Positions 53,996 to 64,000 of a DNA stretch of 64,000 nt are shown here, one piece after another (the stretch's first letter is position 1; each line of letters begins with the position of its first letter). The notes beneath the pieces were generated by a model. That model ran no database searches. It was not told the origin of the DNA and saw only the letters and a program-made list of their open reading frames with translations. A program made the translations under genes and the position numbers. Origin of the DNA: Mobula hypostoma (Eukaryota); assembly GCF_963921235.1 (NCBI RefSeq), contig NC_086112.1, positions 42,160,001-42,224,000 of the forward strand, read 5' to 3'.

Positions 53996-56848
53996 GATGA
54001 AAAGAACAGGGATGGAGGTAAAAGATTAGGGAAGTAGCATTGCTAACCAGGCATGGTACACAGCTGCAGAAAGGAGGGACATCATAGAGGGATTGTCTTC
54101 TGATTCAGTCGATGTGGGTCGAAGTCAGAAAAGCAGAAGGGAGCAATCTCGCTATGGGGAGTATTCTATAGACCACCCCCCCCCAGCTATGGGGAGAATT
54201 CTATAGACCACCCTCCCCCCATAGCAACAGAGACACTGAGGAACAGGTAAGGGGCAAAATAACAGAGTTGTTGTCATGGAGGTCTACAATTTCCCTGATA
54301 TCAAGGTGGAATTATGCTGCTATTGGGCAGGAACAGGGGAGCATAAATTGGGGACAAATTTACTTGGGGAAATGCACAACAGAAATATGGAGTTTGTTTT
54401 GGGAGGACTTGCTGGGGGTTCTAGATAGGCAGAGAAAGGACGGTAAAGTGAAGGAACTAAGGTTGACAAGAGATGTGAGACATCTGGTTAAGAGGAAGGC
54501 ATGATCTCACTTAAGATTTAGGAAGCAAGGATCAGGCAGGGCTCTAGAAGGTTACAATGAAACTAGGAAGGAGCAAAGAATGGATTTAGGAGAGCAAGAA
54601 GGACTATGAGAATGCCTTGGGCAAGTAGGATTGAGGAACATGCCAATACGTTCTACACATATGTGAAGAACAGGAGCCTGGCCAGAGTAAGGGTTGGACC
54701 AATCAGAGATAGTAGAGGAAACATCTGCCTGGAGTCAGAGGTCCCTAACGAATACGTACCTTCAGTATTCACCAGTGAGAGGGATGTTAACAATTGTGAG
54801 GACAGTGTCAAACAGGCTGATATGCTTGAACATGTTCATGTTAAGAAAGGAGATGCACTGGAACTTTTGAAAAACATTAGGATAGGTAAGTCCCCAGAGC
54901 CAGATGAGATATATCACAGGTTACTACAGAAAAGAAATTGCTGCAACCTTGGCAATGATCTTTGTATCCTCACTGGTCACCGGAGTAGTACCAGATAATC
55001 GTAGAATGGCAAATGTTATTTCTTTGTTCAAAAAAGGGATTAGGGATAACCCTGGGAAGTGAAGAACAGTGAGCTTCAGTGGTGGGCAAGTTATTGGAGA
55101 GGTATTTTAGGATTTTCAAGTATTTGGAGAAGCATGGTCTGATAGGGATACTCAGCATGGCTTTGTGAGGGACGCGTCATGCCTCACGAAACTGATTGAA
55201 TTCCTTAAGGAAGTGACAAATCAGACAGATGAAGGTAGAACAGTAATGTGGTGTATATGGATTTTAGTAAAGCTTTTGATAAGGTTCCCCATGATAGGCT
55301 CATTCACAAAGACAGGAGGCATGGAATCCAAGGAAACTTGGCTGTGTGGGTACAGAATTAGCTTGCCCATAGAAGGCAAGAGGCTGATAGTATATGGAGA
55401 GCATTCTGCCTGGAGGTCAGTGACCAGTGGTGTTCTGCAGAGATCTTGTGGGGATGGAACTGGACTCTCTCACGGTGGTGTCTGAAAAGAGGATGCTGTC
55501 TAAGTTGCATGCCATCTTGGTCAATGTCTCCCATCCACTACATAATGTACTGGGTGGGCACAGGAGTACGTTCAGCCAGAAACTCATTCCTCCGAGATGC
55601 AGCACAGAGCATCATAGGAAGTCATTTCTGCCTGGGGCCATCAAACTTTACAACTCCTCCCTTGGAGGGTCAGACGCCCTGAGCCGATAGGCTGGTCCTG
55701 GACTTACTTCGTAATTTACTGGCATCATTTACATATTACTATTTAACTATTTATTACTATTTTTCTATTACTATTCTATTACTATTTATTATTTCCATGA
55801 CTATTACTATTTACTATTTACTAATAGTCGTATTACTATTACTATTTCTATTACTATTTATTATTTATGGTGCAATTGTAACGAAAACCAATTTCCCCCG
55901 GGATCAATAAAGTATGACTATGACCATGACTATCTGTTCTGGGACCCTCTTCTTTATGATTTTATAAATGCCTTGGATAGGAAGTGGAAAGGTGGTTCAT
56001 AAGTTTGAAGATGACACAAATGTTGGTGGAGTTGTGGATAGTGTGAAGGGTTGTTGTAGGTTGCAACAGGACATTGACAGGGCTGAGAAGTGGCAGGTGG
56101 GGTTCAATCGAGAGAAGTGTGAAGTGAACAGGGTTAACAGCAGGATTCTTGGCATTGTGCAAGAACAGAAGGATTTTGGGGTCCATGTCAAAAGATCCTG
56201 TGAAGTTGCAGCACTAGTTGATAGGGTTGTTAAGAAAGTATATGGTGAGTTAGGCTTCATTAGTCGGGGGGATTGAGTTCAAGAACTGCGGAGGTTATGC
56301 TGCAGCTCTATAAAACCCTGGTTAGAACACACTTGGAATATTGTGTTCAGTCCTGGTCTCATTTTAGGAAGGATATGGAAGCTTTATAGAGGGTGCAGAG
56401 GAGATTTATCAGGATGCTGCCTGGACTGGAGGACATGGTTGACGAGGCATTTTTTCCTTTGGAGACGAGGAGGATGAGAAGTAACTTGATAGAGGTGTAT
56501 AAGATGATAAGAGGCATAGAGGCATAGATTGAGTGGACAGCCTGAGATTTTTCTCCAGGGTGGAAATGGCTAACATAAAGGGGCATAATTTTAGGGTGTT
56601 TGGAGTGAAGTATGGGGGGTGGGGGAATGCGTCAGAGGTTAGTTCTTTATATAGAACACACATGGAAACCCCTGCCAGGCATTGGTGGCAGAGGCAGAGA
56701 CATTAAGGTCTTTTAGGAAACTCTTAAATAGGTACAGTGCATAGATGATAGAAAAATAGAGGGCTATGTAGGAGGGAAGGGTTAGATTGACCTTTGAGTA
56801 GGTTAAAATGTCGGCATATCGAAGATCCTGTACTCTGCTATGTTCTTT
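53996..56848 (+). mobile_element. Degenerate CR1 LINE with internal deletions and a nested Rex1 tail
   Basis: Colinear similarity to 43750-46440 (EN, RT, 3' UTR); KFEDDTNVGGVVDS. Confidence 0.85.
55447..55931 (+). mobile_element. Young Rex1-like LINE 3' end nested in a CR1
   Basis: HPLHNVL...PRCSTEHHRKSFLPGAIKLYNSS; (tattac)n in the 3' UTR; AATAAA followed by an (atgact)n tail; the host CR1 resumes after ATCT. Confidence 0.8.
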
Positions 56849-58544
56849 ACATCAGCATTAGGATGACCAACAATGTTGTTATTACAGTAAAGCAATTTCT
56901 TGACTTTGGTTTCTTGGCTTCTACTGTATCATTCTACTGTAAATGAGAATACTTCATACTGTGCTCTGGGAAAAAGGAAGATCTGCTAAAATTGGTGAGA
57001 TTTCCTGGTATAATATTACACATGGCTCCAGTATTCTAATAGACAAACTTCTGGCTAAAAGATGAGAACGTTAAATAAGTGTCAGCTGAGATTTACAGTG
57101 AAGTGAGCATGCAGCCAATTAAGAGATGACAAATATTTCACTTTGAAGTGAAAATGTGAATTTTGGCTGAAATGCTGCCAATTGACATTGTGCCCTCAAT
57201 TTTTAAAAACATGGAAACATTTTCCATCTACTGCAGGTATAAAATCCATGGGGCAGATCTTCTCTGTTAAGAACTACCCATGCATAACATGGAAATCCTG
57301 GAATGTGGTGTCATCCACCGTGCTGCCTGTGGTATTGACTGCAATGCTCACTGTAGAAATGGAGCGCACCTTGCCACCATCAGTGTTATTCACTCTGCAA
57401 TATCTAGACTTGTTAGACATCTGTTTAAACAAATGACAAGCAGTGTTTCACCATTTAAAATTATTTTCTATTGGTCGATGACTTCAATAAAAGTTGTAAA
57501 ATTAGAATCCAATCTGACAATCAAAACTAAGAAACCACAGATGTTCCTGGGTAAGAACTAATGTAAATTTGTTTATTTTCTACTCAAAGCTATTTATGGA
57601 AAATTAATTTATGTTAACTTAATTACATTCTTTGACTTTCCTTTCTATCATTGTCCTACAATAGAAAGGTACCAAGTTATGGGTGTTTTATTAAAAGCCC
57701 TACTTGAACTGATGTGACCTCTATTTGTCATCACTGTCTGCAAAAAAAAAGTGATGCCTGCATTTTGATTAATTAGCTGACCTAGCCACTAGCCTCTTTA
57801 CTTAATGAAACAGAAGATATTCATTGCTTAATTTATTCTTCTGACAAATGAGGATATCTCTTTCCTGCTGGGAGAAAAGAAATTAATCCAGAAATAGGAG
57901 GAGGTAGTACATTTTAGATAAATAGGACAAGACATTAAAATCAACAATATCTGGCTATTAAGAGAACTAAGTATCATCCACACCACATGCGTATATATCA
58001 GGAACCTGGAGTACTGGTTGCCAGCATGGTATGACGCCCTACTGCCCTCAGCACAACTGTTTAGTAAAATCATTACCACTTACTGATTATTTAATCAAAA
58101 ATTTCTTTTGATTGTTGCAGTGTTTTCCCATTGTTGTTTTACATATATACAGGGAGTGGTAGAACAGTTACTGAAACAACACTGAGTTTTAAAGAAACAT
58201 AGGTCAAATGCAGGCAAATGGGAATAGTTCAGCTCGGCCACCTGGTCGGCACGGATCTGTTGATTCTTAAGTTGCATGTCGACAGTCCTCAGGAGCTCCA
58301 AGAGTTCTGCTGGTATTGACGTGTGCTCTTCTAAGCATCATTTTCTTAGGTCAAGATTATGAAGATACATGCAAGAAATTCAACTTTCTATTCTTGACCT
58401 GGGCAGTGTTACACAAAGGAATCTGACAGTGTTATTTTAAAAACACAAACACTAGGAATTCTGCAGATGCTGGAAATTCAAGCAACACACATCAAAGTTG
58501 CTGGTGAACGCAGCAGGCCAGGCAGCATCTCTAGGAAGAGGTAC

Positions 58545-58580
58545 AGTCGACGTTTCAGGCTGAGACCCTTCGTCAGGACT
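58545..58580 (-). ncRNA. Minimal type-I hammerhead ribozyme motif
   Basis: AGUC-CUGACGA-AGGGUCUCAGCCU-GAAA-CG-UC|GACU. Confidence 0.8.
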
Positions 58581-61112
58581 AACTGAAGAAAGAGCTAGTA
58601 AGAGATTTGAAAGTGGGAGGGGGAGGGGGAGATCCAAAATGATAGGAGAAGACAGGAGGGGGAGGGATGGAGCCAAGAGCTGGACAGGTGATTGACAAAA
58701 CGGGTATGAGAGGATCATGGGACAGGAGGCCCAGGGAGAAGGAAGGGGGGGGGAAGCCCAGAGGATGGGCAAGGGGTATAGTCAGAGGGACAGAGGGAGC
58801 AAAAGGAGAGTGAGAGAAAGAATGTGTGTATATAAATAACGGATGGGGTACGAGGGGGAGGTGGGGCATTAGCGTAAGTTAGAGAAGTCAATGTTCATGC
58901 CATCAGGTTGGAGGCTACAGTACAAAACGATCTCCCAGTCTGCGTTGGGTCTCGCCAATATATAGAAGGCCACATCGGGAGCACCAGACGCTGTATATCA
59001 CCCCAGCCGACTCACAGGTGAAGTGTCGCCTCACCTGGAAGGACTGTTTGGGGCCCTGAATGGTGGTAGGGGAGGAAGTGTAAGGGCATGTGTAGCACTT
59101 GTTCCGCTTACAAGGATAAGTTTGCCAGGAGGGAGATCAGTGGAGACGGATGTGGGGGGACGAATGGACAAGGGAGTCGCGTAGGGAGCGATCCCTGTGA
59201 AAAGCAGAGAGGGGGGGGAGGGAAAGATGTGCTTAGTGGTGGGATCCCGTTGGAGGTGGCGGAAATTACGGAGAATAATATGTTGGACCCAGAGGCTGGT
59301 GGGGTGGTAGGTGAGGACCAGGGGAACCTTATTCCTAGTGGGGTGGCGGGAGGATGGATAGCAGATGTACGTGAAATGGGGGAGATGCGGTTGAGAGCAG
59401 AGTTGATGGTGGAGGAAGGGAAGCCTCTTTCTTTAAAAAAGGAGGACATCTCCCTCGTCCTGGAATGAAAAGCCTCATCCTGAGAGCAGATGCGGCGGAG
59501 AGACGGAGGAATTGCAAAAAGGGGGTGGCATTTTTGCAAGAGACAGGGTGAGAAGAGGAATAGTCCAGATAGCTGTGAGAGTCAGTAGGCTTATAGTAGA
59601 CATTAGTAGATAAGCTGTCTCCAGAGATAGAGACAGAAAGATCTAGAAAGGGGAGGGAGGTGTCGGAAATGGACCAGGTAAACTTGAGGGCAGGGTGAAA
59701 GTTGGAGGCAAAGTTAATAAAGTCAACGAGTTCAGCATGCGTGCAGGAAGCAGTGCCAATGCAGTCGTCGATGTAGCGAAGGAAAAGTGGGGGATAGATA
59801 CCAGAACAGGTACGGAACATAGATTGTTCCACAAAGCCAACAAAAAGGCAGGCATAGCTCGGACCCATGCGGGTGCCCATAGCTATACCTTTAGTTTGGA
59901 GGAAGTGGGACGAGCCAAAGGAGAAATTATTAAGAGTAAGGACTAATTCTGCTAGACGGATCAGAGTGGTGGTAGAGGGGAACTGATTAGGTCTGAAATC
60001 CAAAAAGAAGCGTAGAGCTTTGAGACCTTCCTGATGGGAGATGGAAGTATATAGGGACTGGACATCCATGGTGAAAATAAAGCGGTGGGGGCCAGGGAAC
60101 TTAAAATCATCGAAAAGTTTAAGAGCGTGAGAAGTGTCACGAACATAGGTAGGAAGGGATTGAACAAGGGGGGATAAAACCGTGTCGAGGTATGCAGAAA
60201 TGAGTTCGGTAGGGCAGGAGCAAGCTGAGACAATAGGTCGGCCAGGACAGGCAGGTTTGTGGATCTTGGGTAGGAGGTAGAAACGGGAAGTACGAGGTGT
60301 GGGAACTATAAGGTTGGTAGCAGTAGATGGGAGATCCCCTGAGCGGATAAAGTCGGTGATAGTGTGGGAACAATTGCCTGGTGCTCCTTAGTGGGGTCAC
60401 GATCGAGGGGTAAATAAGAGGAGGTATCCGCGAGTTGTCTCGATCGTACACTTCCTCCCTTATCACCATTCAGGGCCCCAGACAGTCCTTCCAGGTGAGG
60501 CAACACTTCACCTGTGAGTCGGCTGGGGTGATATACTGTGTCCGGTGCTCCCGGTGTGGCCTTCTATACATTGGCGAGACCCAACGCAAACTGGGAGATC
60601 GTTCTGCTGAACACCTACGCTCTGTCCGCCAGAGAAAGCAGGATCTCCCAGTGGCCACACATTTTAATTCCACATCCCATTCCCATTCTGACTTGTCTAT
60701 CCACGGCCTCCTCTACTGTCAAGATGAAGCCACACTCAGGTTGGAGGAACAACACCTTATATTTCGTCTGGGTAGCCTCCAACCCTTTGGCATGAACATT
60801 GACTTCTCTAACTTACGCTAATGCCCCACCTCCCCCTCGTACCCCATCCGTTATTTATATACACACATTCTTTCTCTCACTCTCTTTTTTCTCCTTCTGT
60901 CCCTCTGACTATACCCCTTGCCCATCGTCTGGGCTTCCCTCCCCCCTTTTCCTTCTCCCTAGGCCTCCTGTCCCATGATCCTCTCATATCCCTTTTGCCA
61001 ATCAACTGTCCAGCTCTTGGCTCCATCCCTCCCCCTCCTGTCTTCTCCTATCATTTTGGATCTCCCCCTTCCCCTCCCACTTTTAAATTTCTTACTAGCT
61101 CTTTCTTCAGTT

Positions 61113-61148
61113 AGTCCTGATGAAGGGTCTTGGCCTGAAACGTCGACT
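61113..61148 (+). ncRNA. Minimal type-I hammerhead ribozyme motif
   Basis: AGUC-CUGAUGA-AGGGUCUUGGCCU-GAAA-CG-UC|GACU: stem I AGUC/GACU, palindromic ACGU as stem III (dimer-dependent), predicted cleavage after C61144. Minimal HHRs are known in PLE terminal repeats. Confidence 0.8.
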
Positions 61149-61539
61149 GTACCTCTTCCTAGAGATGCTGCCTGGCCTGCTGCGTTCACCAGCAACTTTG
61201 ATGTGTGACAGTGTTATTCTTAGTTTTGCTATGTTTTTAAAACTTTGCAAAATAGTGCAAGGCAAGATACTAATAACTATTTTAACCCCAGCACAAATTT
61301 CTTGGCACAAATATTTTCTAAGAGATAAATCTTAAAATTATTTTCAAGTATTGCTGCAAATGATATGTTCTGTTTCTGAAGTAAAAATAACATGGATTCT
61401 TTTGTAAACAAAATCCAGATTTTTTCCTTCATATTCACAAGTTTAATATCGAGTATTATTTGATATTAAAATAGGAAGTAGAACTAACCTGTCAATCTTT
61501 ATCAGCAGAACGTACTAAAATGCAGAAAACTACAGTTAA

Positions 61540-61633
61540 TGTACAAACTCCTTACAGGCATTGGCGGGAATCGAACCCCAATCTAAAAGCTGATGCTGTA
61601 AAACATTATGATATGTGCTGCGCTACCATGCCA
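61540..61633 (-). mobile_element. tRNA-derived SINE head
   Basis: Minus strand GGCATGGTAGCGCAGC (A-box-like) and GGTTCGATTCCC (B box). Confidence 0.6.
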
Positions 61634-62379
61634 CTCCAGGTATAGTCTAAATTAGAGTCTAAAATAAACATGCAGAGAACTAGACATGGGTTTCATATGG
61701 TCTCTTTGTTGGTTTACAACAATAAAATGCAGTAAGAGCTCAATGTTCAACTCAATATTCATTGACATAATGTACATAAATTAACTTACTAAACTTGGGT
61801 TACTGCTTCAGCAAAGTCATCTGGTGGGGATCAAATTGATTTTGCTTAGAGATTGCAAGTGGTCTGCACTAAATTAAAGAATCATTCTGAGATATTTAAT
61901 TTAAGGCACAGAATTGTTCTATTTTGAGAAGCCAACAGAAAATAGAAATTTGAAGGAAACATCTTGCTGTGTCAGGCATGTATATCACAGTCCACCTGCA
62001 GTGTAAAGTTTCCTCCGACTCACCCCAGTTACACACCTTCAAAAATGAACCAGGAAGTTACTTCCTCCCTGTGAGGATACATCAAGTAAAGTCAACTTGC
62101 ACTGAATTTCATTGGTTTGCATTTCCTATCCAGAGATTAATAATAAAAATACTTGTGCTGTACTTAAAATTCACATGCCAACCTTATATTGCATCACAGA
62201 ACAATACAGTAATACAGCACAAAATGTTTGTGCCACCTCTAGGAAAGAGCTTCCCAGGGATTCCCAATCCTCCACTCAAATAGCAGGCTTACATCTTATT
62301 TAAATTTTAACTATTTGTTCAATTCCCTTTTCAAAGTTACTATTGAATATATTTCTACCTTGCTATGGGCAATACATAT

Positions 62380-62960
62380 CAAAGTTCAAAGTAAGTTTAT
62401 TATCAAAGTACATATATGAGACCATATACAACCCTGAGATTCATTTTCTTGTGGGCATACTCAGTAAATCCAAAAATCGTAAGCGAATCAATGAAAGACC
62501 GCACCCGATAGAGCCAACAAACAACCAGTGTGTAAAAGACAACATATTGTGCAAATACAAAAGAAAAAGAAAGAAAGAATAATAATAAATAAATAAGCAA
62601 CAAGTTTCAAGAACAGGTGATGAAGAATCCTTTAAAGTGAGTCAATAGGTTGCGGGAACAGTTCAGTGATGAGGCAAGTGAAGTTATCCCCTCTGGTTCA
62701 GGAGCCTGATGGTTGAGGGGTAATAACTGCTCCTGAACCTCCTGTACTTCCTTCCCAATGGCAGCAGTGAGAAGAGGGCATAATCTGGGTGGTAGGAGTC
62801 CCTGATGATGGATGCTGCTTTCCTGTGACAGCGCTTTGTGTAGATATGCTCAATGGTGGTGAGGGCTTTAACCAAGATGAACTGGGTCATATCCACAGCT
62901 CTTTGTAGGATTTCCATCCAACGACATTAGTGTATCCACACCAGGCTATGATGCAACCAG
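62380..62960 (-). mobile_element. Rex1/Babar LINE 3' fragment
   Basis: KAASIIRDSYHPDYALFSLLPLGRKYR; 3' UTR similar to 19900-20300. Confidence 0.8.
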
Positions 62961-63427
62961 ATTAGAGCAACTTGCTTCATGAAAGTTCCCTATGTAATCA
63001 CTGGTTCTTTTTCCAATTGAGATAAATCTCTAACCTCTAGTTATTGAGCCAACAGTTTCTCTGACTTATTTTGTCAAAACAATTTAAAATTATGGAGAGA
63101 ATGAAGAACAATCTCCATCTTTTCTATTTAATCTCTTGTACATCCTCTTGAAATCTTGATACATTTCTTAAGGAAGACTGCCCAAAATTGAATGCAGTAT
63201 ACATGATTAACAAAAATCTATTTAAAAAGATTTAAAATGCTTTTATTTCTTTTGTGTTACATACTTTATTTAAAGGCAATGATCCTGAGAATTTTTAGCA
63301 ACTTTATTAAGATACTTTCCTATCTTTGAAGATCTAAATAAACTCTGATCCATCCAGCCTTGAGTGTTTTAAGATTCAAAGTATATTTAGCCTCAAAGAA
63401 TGTGCAAATTATACAACCTTGATATTT

Positions 63428-63641
63428 CAAAGTTGCTGGTGAATGCAGCAGGCCAGGCAGCATCTCTTGGAAGAGGTACAGTCGATGTTTCGGGCCGAGA
63501 CCCTTCGTCAGGACGAAGGGTCTCAGCCCGAAACGTCGACTGTACCACTTCCTAGAGATGCTGCCTGGCCTGCTGCGTTCACCAGCAACTTTGATGTGTG
63601 TTGCTTGAATTTCCAGCATCTGCAGAATTCCTCGTGTTTGT
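63428..63641. mobile_element. 214-bp hairpin mini-PLE (inverted pair of PLE 3' tails)
   Basis: The arms join through GAC microhomology in the hammerhead; TSD AACCTTGATATTT (63415-63427 and 63642-63654). Confidence 0.9.
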
Positions 63642-63700
63642 AACCTTGATATTTGCCTTCTTTCAGGCAGCTACATAGCAAGAAACCTGAAAGAACTCAA

Positions 63701-64000
63701 TTAGATTAGATTATGAGGACACGCAGTCCTTTTTTATTGTCATTTAGTAATGCATGCATTAAGAAATGATACAATTTGTTCCTCCAGAATGATATCACAG
63801 AAACACAAGACAAACCAAGACTAAAAAAACTGACAAAAACCACATAATTATAACATATACTGTAGTTACAACAGTGCAAGCAATACCGTAATTTGATAGA
63901 AGAACAGACCATGGGCATGGTAAAGAAAGTCTCAAAGTCTCTCGAAAGTCCCATCATCTCACGCAGATGGTTGAAGGAAGAAAACTCTCCCTGCCAAGAG
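63701..64000 (-). mobile_element. LINE-like 3' end running off the window
   Basis: (ctaat)n-like tail and AATAAA on the minus strand; family not assigned. Confidence 0.5.

Larger units (their letters stand above)
58437..61205 (-). mobile_element. Penelope-like element (Neptune-type), 5'-truncated, with an inverted 3' duplicate; one insertion
   Basis: Minus-strand RT (MDVQSLYTSI, GIAMGTRMGP, LRYIDDC) and CKRNKCYTC linker; plus-strand GIY-YIG (VIYCVRCSRCGLLYIGET) and tail at about 60447-61205; TSD TGACAGTGTTATT (58424-58436 and 61206-61218). Confidence 0.92.

Overview
Vertebrate genomic DNA, most likely a cartilaginous fish (ray/shark; inferred from the repeat repertoire). The window carries nine internal coding exons of a minus-strand FRMD3 orthologue (FERM domain-containing protein 3), all with canonical GT-AG junctions and consistent phases. 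The 5' exons and the terminal exon lie outside the window. The introns are filled with CR1 and Rex1/Babar LINE fragments, Penelope-like elements (PLEs) with minimal hammerhead ribozyme motifs, two copies of a pogo/Tigger-like non-autonomous DNA transposon, tRNA-derived SINEs and a Gmr1-type Ty3/Gypsy LTR family. Three things stand out. (1) A young, TSD-flanked 4.9-kb LTR element has a single 964-aa ORF with intact Gag and protease, followed in frame by a collapsed, catalytically dead integrase/RT relic. (2) Several PLE insertions, including two ~210-bp TSD-flanked hairpins, start or fold back at the hammerhead 5' border. (3) Several local rearrangements: a 227-bp inverted duplication, a duplicated splice donor and a 66-bp orphan hairpin insert. 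All homology calls come from recognising motifs by eye; no database search was run.
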